In this document: positions 12,145 through 26,875 of the stretch, in pieces
Layout: every line of letters starts with the position of its first letter
Numbering within the stretch: position 1 is the stretch's first letter
Source: Octopus vulgaris
Lineage: Eukaryota
NCBI GenBank assembly: GCA_951406725.2
Contig: OX597842.1
Location: forward strand, 8,246,001-8,310,000
DNA: 64,000 bases
Direction of reading: 5' to 3'
The notes under the pieces: model-generated
Seen by the model: the letters and a program-made list of their open reading frames with translations, nothing else
The model's database searches: none
Told to the model about the DNA's origin: nothing
Translations under genes and position numbers: made by a program

Positions 12145-14706
12145 CATCATCATCATTATCATTATTATTATCATTATTATTACGTATACTTGTATGTATG
12201 TATGTATGTATAACAACAAACTAGTAATAATAAAAAGAGAACAAATTTTAAATAAAAAAATTTTTTTTAATTTTTAAATTAAAAAAAAGTTTTTTAATTA
12301 AAAAATGTATATAGTTATTTACTTCCATTTGTTTATTTATCTGTGTATTTTATTTTATTATGTTTTCTGTTTTGTTTATATTGTAACCAGTTTATGGGGA
12401 TCCTCTTCTGTCATATGTTGTGGTGTGTGCTACTGTTCCATTCCAGTTTCCTATTCAGGCTAGGTTTATCTTCTATTATGTGTGTAGCTTCCGTAATATG
12501 ACTGATTGTTGCGTCTGTTCTATGTGTGGACAATATTTTAACTTCTATGTTGTTGATTGAGCCTCCGTGTTCCTGCTCGGCGTGTTGGTACAGAATCGAT
12601 GAGCTTTTACCTTCCTTGAGTTCTCTCCAATGTACATTTACTCGCTCTCCTATGCTTCTTGCCGTTTCCCCTACGTATGTCGTTGTCTTGTTACTGCATC
12701 GTCCCTCTATACATCTTATACTATAGACTACATTTCTGGCTTTACAGTTTGTTTGTGGGCTAAATCTACACACAGTACAGTACCTATCCGTACAGGGGGT
12801 TCTACTAAAATGTAGGTTCTACCGATTATGGATTTGATAGGGTTGCCAGGCTTTTCAACAACCTTAATCTTTAGCTTAAGTTTGTCTAGGATCCTTCTAA
12901 AGCGGTACGCCAGTTCACCTCTAGGAGTGGTGTCGACGAACATGACACTCTGGTATTTGTGGCTATCATACCAAGAGTTGGCCTTCCCTATTTTCTTCTT
13001 TGTCCTTTCCATAGTGTTCCATGACTTGCTTCTATTGGGTGGGCAAATCCCATTCCTATCATTACATAAGATATTATCAAATTTCTTCATGGCTCCTTTG
13101 TATACTCTGATCCTTTCTTTATGGCTGTAACCTGAGAACTGCATGCGGTGAATGAAATGTTGTATGTGTCTCTTTAACTCTGTAGGCTCGCACATGCGGG
13201 ACACATTTCGCATTATTCTGAGGAGGTCTGCCATCAAAATATTGAATTTGGCATTGTCCGCGATAGCTGAGTTCCGGTGGATCAAGTATTTGGAGGTCAT
13301 AGGTTTGGCATAGTACGAACGAAGGATTTGGGTTTTATTATTCTCAGTTTCTAGCCAGAGTTCTGTGTCTAGTACTGGTAGTCTATGGTTGGAATGTTTA
13401 GTAGGGTAGTCTATTGTGACCTTAATACTCTGGTGGACGGAGTTAGCTATTTGCTGGATGCTCTCCATAGTATTAGTTTCTATTTCTATTTCAAAAGTAC
13501 TCTCTTGTGGGGGTGCCTTTACCACTATGTTGATATCATCAACATAGCGAGAGTACATGTTCACGAGTATGGAGTTCTGTGTTAGGCGTTCCTTAAGCCT
13601 TCTGTCCCACCATACCATGAAAAGGTTGGCCACATCACCGGCGATACTAATGCCGATGGCTGCCCCCTCGTCCTGGGCATATATTTTATTGTTAAACTTA
13701 AACGTGTGGAATTTTAGGGTAACTCTTATGCTAGCTCCTAGTGCAAGTGCGATCATTTTCTTTACCTGATGGACATTTGCGGGGGTCCGTATGGCTCTGG
13801 TCCATCCGCTCCATCTCTCTATACGGGTCTTCCTAGCCATAGAAGTAATTGCGGGTGGTCTACCTCTTAAACATCTACTGGGGCAGAAACTACTAAGATC
13901 ATGTTTATCTAGGTATTCGTTGTCATATGTCAGTCTAAGTAGGAGGCCCAGTTCCTCTGCGTTGACATTGCGGAACTCCACCTTGCTCTCGTTGATCATC
14001 TCCACGCACTTCTCCACCGCAAAATCCACGTCGATCGATGGGTATAGGGATACCACATCCATGCTACCCACTATACATCTTGTCAGGTCGCAAGTGTTGT
14101 TACAGTCGTTGATCCTGCTGAGGAGATCTTCCGTGCTGTCACAAACATCAGGTGACATCCGGATTATAGGGCGTATGATCATTGAGAGGAAGTAGGAGAT
14201 TCTGTAGTTGCAAGCGATATTCGCTCCACAGACTGGTCTTGTTGGTGGTCCTGCTACAGGGTCAGTGGTTACTTTATGGTCCTTGCGAAGTCCATACAGT
14301 GCCGGGATATCGTTGTTCCAGGCTTGGAAATTGTTAGCTGTGCGTTTCTGGGGTCCCAGAACAATTGTCCACATCATCATATGGGCGTTGAGGACCTTTT
14401 CTCTCTCCTCTTGCGCCTGTAATGTGGTTACTTTCGTATTGGCGATATGAGGTTGTATTGCCTGGATGTAGTTCGGTAAGATGTCTATTGACATCTTGCC
14501 GGACTTATCTGTGGGAAGGCATACCACCTCTCCGTTCCTCGTGCGCTGAATGAGCTCACTGATGCGGTCACAGGAGTGTGACGAAAGAACTCTGGCCGAA
14601 ATAAGATTAAGTATAATGTAAAAAATAAATATCACCAAAGTAACACCAAATATATAGTGCGTGTGTTTTTATTGGCTAAACTGGCAAAATGACCATTCCG
14701 AAATAC

Positions 14707-14709
<3 letters not shown>
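11674..14709 (-). mobile_element. Penelope-like retroelement, 5'-truncated, with an inverted pLTR copy at its 5' end
   Basis: RT ORF (DKSG, SMDVVSLYPSI, QDEGAAIG, RYVDD) plus GIY-YIG endonuclease (VVYSIRC...YVGETAR...H). 14557-14709 is the reverse complement of 11674-11831. Confidence 0.9.
12411..14556 (-). pseudogene. Penelope RT plus GIY-YIG endonuclease, frameshifted near 12730-12800
   Basis: ORFs 12728-14638 (RT) and 12411-12773 (GIY-YIG) overlap in different frames. The N-terminal ~28 aa of the ORF call come from the inverted pLTR. Confidence 0.85.
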
Positions 14710-14762
<53 letters not shown>

Positions 14763-14884
14763 CTCTGAGTTTTATCATGGCTACCGAATAATTGTCACAT
14801 TACATTTACAGATAAATTCCTCTATTTACATAATATCGAGGTCTCTTTCTTTTTTTTTGTTGTTTTACCATTTTTATCAATATA

Positions 14885-14949
<65 letters not shown>

Positions 14950-15239
14950 ATAGAAGGAGCTTCTACAGGACTAGAACTGTTTCATTCAAAAGAAATAATC
15001 AGGAAGTTAGGTGACAAGAGTAGTTTTGGCATTTATACATTTAGGCAGGTTTAAAGGGGTGGTGGTGGGGGACTTTTTGGGGGTAGGCATGGCGCAAACT
15101 ATCATTCTTAGGGGAGTGGTCAAAGGAATCGGTGGTAAAGTAGATAAAAGAATAAATAAAAGGATAAAAGAATAAATAAAAGAATAAAAGAATAAATAGA
15201 AAAATAGAGTTTTAGGTAAATAAGGAGACTCTCACTTAT

Positions 15240-15265
15240 ACATATACATATATATACATATACAT

Positions 15266-15318
<53 letters not shown>

Positions 15319-15578
15319 CATGTACATATACACATACCATACACACACATACACATATGTATACATATACATACATACATATACACACATATACATACAT
15401 AGACATATACATATATACACATACACACATACACCCATATACACATGTACATATGTACCCATATACATGTATCTACGTACACGCCCATACCCATACTCAT
15501 ACATACACTTATATATGTCTACACACACATATATATATAAAGGGGGATATACACCCCCATACACACACGCTCCCATAT

Positions 15579-15613
<35 letters not shown>

Positions 15614-15676
15614 CACATATATATACACACACCCAAATACACATATATATACATACATACACATACATACCTATAC

Positions 15677-15707
<31 letters not shown>

Positions 15708-16036
15708 CATGTACATATACACATACACACACATACACATATGTATACATATACATACATACATATACACACATATACATACATAGACATATACATATAT
15801 ACACATACACACATACACCCATATACACATGTACATATGTACCCATATACATGTATCTACGTACACACATACCCATACTCATACATACACTTATATATGT
15901 CTACACACATATATATATATAAAGGGGGATATACACCCCCATACACACACGCTCCCATATCCATATATATATATACATATATATAGATACACACACCCGA
16001 ATACACATATATATACATACATACACATACATACCT

Positions 16037-16113
<77 letters not shown>

Positions 16114-16607
16114 CACATATATATACACACACACACATACATATGCATATACATGCACACACATACACACACATTTATTCCCTTATTTTAATTTTATTTT
16201 TACTTTTGTTTTTATTTTTATTTTTATCTTGACCTCGGTCAGCCAACCCGGCACTGAAGTGATGTCGTCCCAAGGGATAGTCTAAAGAGTCCATTTATTG
16301 CCCATCTCCCTTCCTTTCTATCTTTCTACTCACTGAAACGAACACAAACACTCACACACGCACACACACTCACACGTACACTCATACACATACACACACG
16401 CACGTGTATTATTCATACATACATACATCTACATACATGCACGTATATACACATACGTACACGTACCTACAAATTCATATCTACACGCATACACATACAT
16501 ACATCTATACACCCACAGAAGACTAGTCCATACATATACACAAATAAATATATATACATATACATATACACATACATACACATACATACACATACACATA
16601 TATATAC

Positions 16608-16664
<57 letters not shown>

Positions 16665-17158
16665 CACATATATATACTCACATACACACATACATACACG
16701 TACGCGCATACCTACATATACATACACACATATATACTTACACCAGTTATATACATACCTACATACCCATACATCCCTATATCTATACGTATACATACAC
16801 GTATATATACACAAGCACATACTAATACACACGCACACACATCTATCTACATATATAAAAAAGAAACCCAACAAGTCCATACATGTACACACATACACAT
16901 ACATACATGCATATACACATATATACCCATACACATATACACATACATACACATACACATATATATACACACATGTATATATATACATATATACACATAC
17001 ATATACATACACACATGCATACACACACGCGCGCGCATCTATATATACACATAAGTACATACATGCATAAATGTATACATATGTTTATACATATGCATAC
17101 ACATACACACACACACACGCGCCTCCTTATATACATAAATACATACATGCATACAAAC

Positions 17159-17213
<55 letters not shown>

Positions 17214-17215
17214 AA
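15240..17215. repeat. Compound (AC/AT) low-complexity tract with a ~350-bp higher-order duplication
   Basis: The unit containing aagggggatatacacccccatacacacacgctcccatatcc recurs at ~15540 and ~15920. Confidence 0.85.
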
Positions 17216-17492
17216 TATTAAAGGAAATAGAGAAATACAATTGACATATTAAATATTTATTAGCATTATAATATAATTATACGAGCAAAACGCCTCCCGT
17301 CCGATGGACGGAGCTGAATTGTCAAACATTTAAACCAAATTTTCTCAAAACAACTTGTCCGACCGCCCCATAGGCCTCCCCTTTGAGAAACACTGATTTA
17401 ACCTAAATTTGAGACACCAGCAAAAAGAAGAAATAAAGATAGACTTTTTTCTATAAAAACGATTTTATTCACACAAATATGCATATGTATGC

Positions 17493-17526
<34 letters not shown>

Positions 17527-17784
17527 GCATACATATGCACATGTATATATATATATATATATATTATATATCACATTCAAAATGTGATCGCGTATGTACC
17601 GTTGGCGATTTTTCCCTCCGTCTTCCCTTCTCTGGATCTTTCCTTCTCCTATGTTTCCGACGAAGAGCTCCGCTCGAAACGTAAAACCCTCCTTCTTCCC
17701 TTCCTTACTGAGCGTCCAATAATACTATATTTGTTCCACGTCCTCGCGTTGTTGTGTTTTCTCTTTGTGTTTTCATGTTTGGAT

Positions 17785-17829
<45 letters not shown>

Positions 17830-18304
17830 TCTCCTTAAGCGCTCAGAATAATTTTTCCATCGTATTGGCTTAACAGCCCTCATCATTTCTTTTTACTGTT
17901 TTGTTCTCACTGTCCTGTTCTTGTTACCACTTTCACCCTTCGCAAAAAATCCATATTTGATTTAATTTGCTTTGCGGGAAGGACTGTTTCAATGAAGTCG
18001 CGTATTGTCCTTGCCATCGAAACACAGAGTAGATGAAACAGGGACAACTGATGAAGGGGAATATTCTTTATGTTGTATGTCTCGTTTCTCTGTTTGTTTG
18101 TTTTTTTCGTTGTTCGAAAAAAGTTAGTTTCTATGTTTTTGTTTTTATGTTTTCTTTTCTCATAGTGTTCAACGTTTTTTGATGTTCTGTATCCATATAT
18201 GCATGTATATATACATATATAGAGAGTCAATATGTGACGGCGTGTGTATCGTTAGCGATTTTTTTCCTCCGTCTTCCCTTTTTGGGATCTTTCCTTTTCC
18301 TATG

Positions 18305-18337
18305 TTTCTGACGAAGAGCTCCGCTCGAAACGTTAAA
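18305..18337 (+). ncRNA. Minimal hammerhead motif in a dispersed pLTR-like repeat
   Basis: ttt CTGACGA a gagc tcc gctc GAAAC GTT aaa, with a palindromic stem III. Relatives at ~17655 (+), 37258, 38437 and 47177-47209 (-), 49986 and 57728 (+). Confidence 0.55.
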
Positions 18338-18419
18338 TCCCCCTTCTTTCTTTCCTTTCATGAGCGTCCAATAACACTATACTTGTTCCACGCCCTCGCG
18401 TTGTTGTGTTTTCTCTTTG

Positions 18420-18505
18420 TGTTTTCATGTTTGCATTAACTATATATGTAGGTATGTACATATATGTATGTATATATGCATATATTTATATATTATTTAT
18501 ATTAT

Positions 18506-18594
<89 letters not shown>

Positions 18595-18766
18595 TTTATT
18601 TAAAGCATCAGAAAATTCAACAAAACCTGTTACTCTGAGTTACGGGAAACTCAGAGTAACAGGTTTTGTTGAATTTTCTGCTGCTTTAAATAAAGCATAT
18701 TACTCTACCATTGGTATTTGAGTACTCTTTTTTCCACCTTGTTTCATATTTATGTGTTTACTCCGG

Positions 18767-18804
<38 letters not shown>

Positions 18805-18808
18805 CGTA

Positions 18809-18851
<43 letters not shown>

Positions 18852-20157
18852 GTGTACACACACACACACACACGATAAGTAAGGAAGTATATATTTAATG
18901 GTATACCATACCAGCATTATATGATAGCACAAGGATAATATAGTGAAAGAGAAAGATTATAATAGATAAAAATTAAAGCGAAAAAGGGGGTTAAAATAAA
19001 AATAAAGTGTGCGTGTCATTTTGAGTGAATTTGGATACCAATAAAAAGGGAACTGGTAAAAATTTCATATAAATCATGAAAATTATGATATAATAATAAG
19101 AAATATCGTAAAGTAATTATAATGATAATTAAAAATAACTGGAAAATGGTTAGAAATAGTACAGTGTAAAGGAGTATAAAGGAGTATAAGGTGTGGAAAT
19201 GCAGTATAACAGGATACAGTATTATAGCAGGTATATATATATGACCACATACACACATATTAAATATTTATTAACATTATAATATAATTATACGAGCAAA
19301 ACGCCCCCCGTCCAATGGACGGTGCTGAGTTGTCAAACATTTAAACCAAATTTTCTCAAAACAACTTGTCCGACCGTCCCATAGGCCTCCCCTTTGAGAA
19401 ACACTGATGTATCCTTTAATACTTATATGCATGCTTGAATCTATGCATGTATGTATGAGTGTATATTATCTTGTGGGCATAAGTAAAATTAAGCACTCTC
19501 AGTACATATATTGGGAATCTTTGTAGAGGGTAATTTATCTAAAAATTCCTCGAAGACTTCTATTACTAGAAATAGAGCACCAATCATAAATAAGAGAAAA
19601 AGTATCGAGTTGAATAGCTTCATGCGGGCATACATCCTTCGGCGATGAATTTCATCCCTTCTCGTGCCTTCTTCCTTTTCTGGATACACTGTGAGCAAAT
19701 CCCGATAGCAACCAAATAGCATACGACATTCATGTTTGTTCTTGTAGCGGGCAATGGACATGAGGATAGCACTGAATACTGACACTGATGTCATCACCAA
19801 CGAATAACTGAGTAAATAGTCTGTAAAACAAAGGCAAAAGTAACATATGTATATATATTTATATAGGTTATGAGAGGTAATGATATGAATATGGCCGAAA
19901 GGTGTCAGGTAATCTCAAAATTGGGGAAGGGATTAAGTCGATGTAATCGACCCCAGTGCGTAACTGGTACTTATTTAATCGACCCCGAAAAGATGAAAGG
20001 CAAAGTCGGCCTCGGCGGAATTTGAACTCAGAACGTTGCGGCAGACGAAATACCTATTTCTTTACTACCCACAAGGCGCTAAACACAGAGGAGACCAACA
20101 AGGACAGACACCCAAATTAAGTCGATTATATCGACCCCACTGCGTAACTGGTATTTA
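18420..20157. repeat. ~1.7-kb recent duplication containing terminal exon B; partner ~21923-23528 contains exon A
   Basis: Co-linear near-identity from gttttcatgttt(g/c)attaactatatatgtagg to cgaccccactgcgtaactggtatt. Confidence 0.9.
19489..19820 (-). CDS. Cys-loop receptor terminal exon copy B (tail ...KLPSTKIPNICTESA*), candidate alternative last exon
   Basis: Same intact acceptor and phase, 332 nt, open frame, 10 aa differences from copy A. AATAAA on the minus strand at 19267-19272. Confidence 0.75.
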
Positions 20158-20535
20158 TGTAGGGCGGCGAGCTGGCAGAATCGTTAGCGCGCCGGGCGAA
20201 ATGCGCAGCAGTATTTCGTCTGTCGCTACGTTCTGAGTTCAAATTCCGCCGAGGTCGACTTTGCCTTTCATCCTTTCGGGGTCGATAAATTAAGTACCAG
20301 TTACGCACTGGGGTCGATATAATTGACTTAATCCGCTTGTCTGTCCTTGTTTGTCCCTTCTGTGTTTAGCCCCTTGTGGGTAGTAAAGAAATAGGTATTT
20401 ATATAATCGACCCTGAAAGGATGAAAGGCAAAGTCGATCTCGGCGGAATTTGAACTCAGAACGTAGCGGCAGACGAATTACCGCTAATCATTTCGCCCAG
20501 CGTGCTATCGTTTTTGCTGACTCGCCGCCTTCCAA
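19925..20535. mobile_element. Nested copies of tRNA-derived SINE family 3 (ggcggcgagctggcagaatcgttag...gcctttcatcctttcggggtcgataaattaagtaccag)
   Basis: A plus-strand copy at ~20163-20400 lies inside minus-strand copies. This is the same family as the 35301-36750 array. Confidence 0.75.
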
Positions 20536-20639
20536 AGGTGTCAGGTAATGCTGGGTAAGTGCTATGGATAGATCATAGTTAAGCTCCAGGATTGGTGTTT
20601 ATGCGAATAAGGAGTCCAGCGTAGGTCATATATCAGCAT

Positions 20640-21055
20640 ACTCTCTTTTACTCTCTCTTTTACTTGTTTCAGTCATTTGACTGCGGCCATGCTGGAGCAC
20701 CGCCTTTAGTCGAGCAAATCGACCCCGGGACTTATTCTTTGTAAGCCCAGTACTTATTCTATCGGTCTCTTTTGCCGAACCGCTAAGTGACGGGGACGTA
20801 TACACACCAGCATCGGTTGTCAAACGATGCTAGGGGGACAAACACAGACACACAAACACACACATACACACATATATATATATATACATATATACGACGG
20901 GCTTCTTTCAGTTTCCGTCTACCAAATCCACTCACAAGGCATTGGTCGGCCCGGGGCTATAGCAGAAGACACTTGCCCAAGATGCCACGCAGCGGGACTG
21001 AACCCGGAACCATGTGGTTGGTTAGCAAGCTACTTACCACAGAGCCACTCCTGCA
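20640..21055 (-). mobile_element. tRNA-derived SINE, family 1
   Basis: Reverse complement of 7781-8210. Confidence 0.85.
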
Positions 21056-22114
21056 TGTGTATATAGAAAATTTTATTCAGAATGAGATGAAAAAACCAAG
21101 GCTGTGAAGGTTTTAGAGCATTTATAAATAGAAGGCCTTACAGCTGTTTCTGGGATATTTTATATATCCCTTCATCGGAGACGGTGTGAGAATATGGTTA
21201 AGCAATAGTTAATTTAGATAAGATATGAAATAGAAAGTGAAGTGGAAGAATGAAAATAGATTTGAGATATGCAGGGATATTGCATTTGTAGATCCATTAT
21301 TTAGGCAGAATGGTATACACATAAGATTCCACTACCTTGTTAGTAAAATGCAAAAGTATTTAAATTTGGTCATTCCAAGTATAGAGTTTGTATACAGTGC
21401 TATTGAATCAAGGGTTTTATTTAAAGTGACCTAAAAGTAGGGAATGTATTTGTAAGGTCAAATCGAAAACAGGAAGAGAGGAATAAAGAAAAGAAAGAAA
21501 AAGAAAAATGAAAAACAAGAGAGATAATAAGGGAGAGTGTACCAGTTAGTGGTCAGTCAAGACAATTTGAAAGTAGGAATGGGGAGATGAGGGTGATAGA
21601 GAGAGAGAACAGTATCAGAGTGTAAAAATATAAAAGGAATGGGGGCAACAGAGAGAGAGAGAGAGAGAGAGAGAGGTATAATAATGTAAAAAGTAAAGGA
21701 GTGTCAGTTATGTAGTGATAGAGTCTAAGTGATGGGCAAAGAGAGGGGGAGTAATATGGAATGAAGAATTTCGGAATATAGATTAGGTGGTTGGACAGGT
21801 CAGTACTTAGTAGTAGAAGAAAGTATATATATGAAGATGTATACATAAGTATATGTTAGACATGTATATATATATATATTTATACGGAAGTTTATACATA
21901 TCAATATCTACGTCTACAACTCGTTTTCATGTTTGGATTAACTATATATGTAGGTATGTACATATATGTATGTATATATGCATATATTTATATATTATTT
22001 ATATTATTACATATATATATATATATACTTTATTTAAAGCAGCAGAAAATTCCACAAAACCTGTTACTCTGAGTTTCGCGTTGCCGTTCGTCGGACAGTT
22101 TTTGCTTTTACTCC

Positions 22115-22246
<132 letters not shown>

Positions 22247-22249
22247 GTA

Positions 22250-22292
<43 letters not shown>

Positions 22293-22926
22293 GAGTACAC
22301 ACACACACACACGATAAGTAAGGAAGTATATATTTAATGGTATACCATACCAGCATTATATGATAGCACAAGGATAATATAGTGAAAGAGAAAGATTATA
22401 ATAGATAAAAATTAAAGCGAAAAAGGGGTTAAAATAAAAATAAAGTGTGGGTGTCATTTTGAGTGAATTTGGATACCAATAAAAAGGGAACTGGTAAAAA
22501 TTTCATATAAATCATGAAAATTATGATATATTAATAATAAATATCGTAAAGTAATTATAATGATAATTAAAAATAACTGGAAAATGGTTAGAAATAGTAC
22601 AGTGTAAAGGAGTATAAAGGAGTATAAGGTGTGGAAATGCAGTATAACAGGATACAGTATTATAGCAGGTATATATATATGACCACATACACACATATTA
22701 AATATTTATTAACATTATAATATAATTATACGAGCAAAACGCCTCCCGTCCAATGGACGGTGCTGAGTTGTCAAACATTTAAACCAAATTTTCTCAAAAC
22801 AACTTGTCCGACCGTCCCATAGGCCTCCCCTTTGAGAAACACTGATGTATCCTTTAATACTTATATGCATGCTTGAATCTATGCATGTATTTATGAGTGT
22901 ATATTATCTTGTGGGCATAAGTAAAA

Positions 22927-23258
22927 TTAATCACTCTCAGTACATATATTGGGAATCTTTGGAGAGGGAAATTTATCTAAAAATTCATCGAAGACTTTTA
23001 TTACTAGAAATGCAGCACCAATCATAAATAAGAGAAAAAGCATCGAGTTGAATAGCTTCATGCGGGCATACATCCTTCGGCGATGAATTTCATCCCTTCT
23101 CGTGCCTTCTTCCTTTTCTGGATACACTGTGAGCAAATCCCGATAGCAACCAAATAGCATACGACATTCATGTTTGTTCTTGTAGCGGGCAATGGCCATG
23201 AGGATAGCACTGAATACTGACACTGATGTCATCACCAACGAATAACTGAGTATATGGT
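22927..23258 (-). CDS. Cys-loop receptor terminal exon copy A (M3, short loop, M4, tail ...KFPSPKIPNICTESD*)
   Basis: Acceptor ttttgcctttgttttacag|AC completes T|AC (Tyr) from exon 5. Open to TAA, with two hydrophobic segments. The spliced product is 411 aa. AATAAA on the minus strand at 22705-22710. Confidence 0.9.
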
Positions 23259-23899
23259 CTGTAAAACAAAGGCAAAAGTAACATATGTATATATATTTAT
23301 ATAGGTTATGAGAGGTAATGATATAAATAAGACCGAAACTGGTACTTATTTAATCGACCCCGAAAAGATGAAAGCAAAGTCGGCCTCGGCGGAATTTGAA
23401 CTCAGAACGTTGCGGCAGACGAAATACCTATTTCTTTACTACCCACAAGGCGCTAAACACAGAGGAGACCAACAAGGACAGACACACAAATTAAGTCGAT
23501 TATATCGACCCCACTGCGTAACTGGTATTATCAATATCTACGTCTACAACTCGTACTCATATGTATATGTACACATGCACATCCTTATATACGCGTATCT
23601 GTATGTATTATCGCCCCTGTACACGCAGGTATATATACCTTGCATACATTCACACATACCTTCACACATACACACACATACATACATACGTACGTACATA
23701 CATACATACATACACGCATACACGCACACATACATTTACATGCACATATGCACGCATGCATATACACACGAATATAATTAGATGACTGATATTCGAGTAT
23801 GAGTGAGGAATTAGATAAGGATTAAGAGTTAAAATGTAGATTTATAAGGTTATTGGGATTACCAAAGGGGTATTGTGGAAATATACTGTGTGGTCGTTT

Positions 23900-24850
23900 A
23901 GGCATTTGGATTTGTGGTAGAATTTGAATGTGTGAAAAAAGCGGTGGTTGCATGTGCTTAGTGCCTCATTATGTTTATTTAGCAGGGCTGGAGAGTTGTG
24001 CTTTAATATGTGAAGTGCCTCCTTCAGGCAAAATTTGCAGGTTGAGCTTTGACCACGGTAGGGAAGCCCTGAGTCCAGTATGGACCATGATAGAGTATAG
24101 AGTATATTTGTATTTTTGAGATGATGTATGTTGTTGGCGAGTGTTGTAGATTTACTATGTTTACCGTATCTAAAAGAATGGTGAGCGGCATATCGTTGCT
24201 TAAAATTTTTGGTTGAGCCTATGTATATGGCTGTAGAGTTGTGTAATAGATTAAGGACAGTGCATTTGTAAATTACTTTCTATCTTCTGTAATAAGTTTG
24301 TAACAGGCAGATGGTTCCAGGACGGCAATTACAATTAGGTGAATTTTGAGGACTGTGTTCAGGAATAGAGGAGGTAATATCGACAGAGGAGAGGTTATAG
24401 AAGGGGGTAGAAGATTCTATATTATTAGTATTATTAATGTTATCATTACCATCATTGCTATTATTACTATTGTTGTTATTAATTGTACTATTTGTAAGGG
24501 TGGTAGAGATTGTGGCGGTGTTCCGGGCAGTGTGAGTAGGATGGGTTGGGTTGTTGTTGTGGGCTAATGTAAGGGTATCTGTGCTGGAGCTGTGTGTGTG
24601 TTGAGTGTTCGTATGACTGGCGTTGTAGTTATGTGAGTTTTGATAGTAAAGAGAAAGCTTTTGCTTATTAGAGGCTGCTACAATAGATTCGAAGTTGGGT
24701 GGGGTAGAATAAGATAGTTTCAGGGTGGATCGATTAAAGATAGAATTATATTTATGTTGTCGGGGAAAGTTAGAGTCTAGCATTTTCAAGAAGGATTTAG
24801 CTAAGTCCTTAGCGTTAAGTGAGAATAGGAGCGTGTACCACAGAATAGAG
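23900..24850 (-). pseudogene. Degenerate Penelope-like C-terminal linker plus GIY-YIG endonuclease
   Basis: FPRQHKYNSIFNRSTLKLSYS...CNCR, then in another frame KVIYKCTV...IYIGSTKNFKQRYAAH. Confidence 0.7.
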
Positions 24851-25165
24851 CGTCCGCCGCTTTATTTAGGGGTCTCGGTGTAGTGCTATCTAAGTTTTTA
24901 GAGAAAGGAGTGCTATCTATATTTTTGGAGAATGTATGTGGGTGGCGAGGCCTGTTGCTGTTAGCTGTCTCAATTGTTTTCGTTTTTGACCTAGTGTTAA
25001 ATGAATGTTTGCGGGGTCTAGGTTGCCTAGGTGTAAGACCTTCCAGGGTTCCATCGACGTGTGTGTGTGTGTGGTTGGTTGCGATTGTGATGGTTGGTAC
25101 GTGTTTGAGATGTGATTTGAGATATATATTGTTTGAGCTTGATGTCCTCCATTCCTATTGCACAC

Positions 25166-25725
25166 TCCGTTCATCTTCATGAGTCAAATGAAAATATGGA
25201 ACTTTTACTTCATGCCTTTGCCTATGAAAGATACCCAGTTTGTAAGGAAGAGAAATGTCAGGTTTGAGTATATTGTAGAAAAGTTTCCCCAAATCACACA
25301 GGCGAAGTTGAAAGAGGGTATCTTTGTCGGACCCCAAATTAGAGAAGTACTCAAAGATGTCGACATCAAGACAACACTGGATGAACTGGAACTGCTTTCA
25401 ATTGGACCTGTGAGAATTTCTTGGGCAACAAGAAGGCAATGGACTACAAGGATGGCGTCAAGAATCTTCCGAAATGTTACTTAGCAATGATTGTCGCATG
25501 TCGCTGAAGGTTCACGTCTTGGACTCCCATCAGGATTTCTTCACAAATAACTTTGGAGCAGTGTCTGATGGACATAGTGAAATATTTCGCCGGGACATTA
25601 GTGCTATGGAGAAACGGTATCAAGGCTTCCGGAAGGACAGTATGCTGGCTGACTACTGCTGGACACTTTACCGTGATCAACCAGATCAGGAACGCCGCAG
25701 GAAATCCAAATTACAATGTTTCTAA
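25166..25725 (+). pseudogene. C-terminal relic of a Chapaev3/CMC-like DNA transposase
   Basis: KFPQITQAKLKEGIFVGPQIR and MSLKVHVLDSHQDFF...GAVSD...DISAMEKRYQG...MLADYCW in two frames. Confidence 0.7.
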
Positions 25726-26875
25726 CTCTGTTGTTCTAGGTTTGTTTTGTCTGTAAAAATTAACACTTCCTTCTCCAGGCCTAGATTCGAAACCGAATCT
25801 AAGAATTCTTGGGCGTCCAAACCACCACGATCAACAAGCGCGAAAAAAGCTTTTCTTTGTCCTGTTAAAAAGTGATTAATCATTTCCCTTTGACCTACGA
25901 CCTCAGCCATGTCAGCTGAAGTTCAAATGGACAGGAGCTGACCTATTTAGGTACAAACTCTGTTGCAGTATGTCTGTCCTTCTAGCTGCCACGATTATTA
26001 TAAATACGATGATCGACAGACAGACAGACAGACCAGAGGAGAAACGCCCAGCAGGCAAACGAGAAAGATCTACGACACGTCAGGTTTTCAACGACCGCAG
26101 AGACCCGAGAGTAATGTTCGAAGTTCCACGGTAGGCTACTGATCTCAGATGAACTACGTACACACTCACACAAACAATGATTTCTGACACATCACTTCCA
26201 CAGATGTACCTCTCTTTTACTCTTTTACTTGTTTCAATCATTTGACTGCGGCCATGCTGGAGCACCGCCTTTAGTCGAGCAAATCGACCCCGGGAGTTGC
26301 GCATAAAATAATCTAGTCCAGCTTTTCCATTTCATGTCCTAATACATCTGCTGTAGCTGTGTAGTCCTATCCTGGACAAACACTTCCTCTGGCAGGTGCC
26401 GCAAATGTAGCGAAGACTTTGCCTGGCTGGTTGTAATGTCATAGTTTCTTGTTGACGTCTTTTCTTGTCTTTCCATTTCTCCTCTCTCTCTCTGTCACTC
26501 CTTTGTGTTCCCTCTTCTACGGTACATCGCCAATCTCCACGGTTGCTGTCAATTGCTTCCCAGTTGCTAATATTGATGTCGCATTAACGTAATGTTATTA
26601 CGTTAATGATTTCATATATACAAATATGTAAATATTTGCATGTGTCTACTCAAAAACTGATACGTGTTGCATACAAATGGAATAAAATTTTGAAATCAAC
26701 ATGAAAAATTAGTCTAAAAATGTTGGTTTGCATTCATAATGAGTACAATGCATTTAATTTCATTAACCAGTGTTATTACACAATCCATTATGTAGTCTCA
26801 GTTGCTGCTGTATGTTTGCTTGAAAATACATATTGAAATTGAAAATTATGGAAATATTATTTGCAGAGTTATTGA

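Noticed and set aside
14557-14638. Apparent start and hydrophobic N-terminus of the 636-aa RT ORF
   Set aside because: It derives from the inverted pLTR fused to a 5'-truncated element and is not a genuine start.
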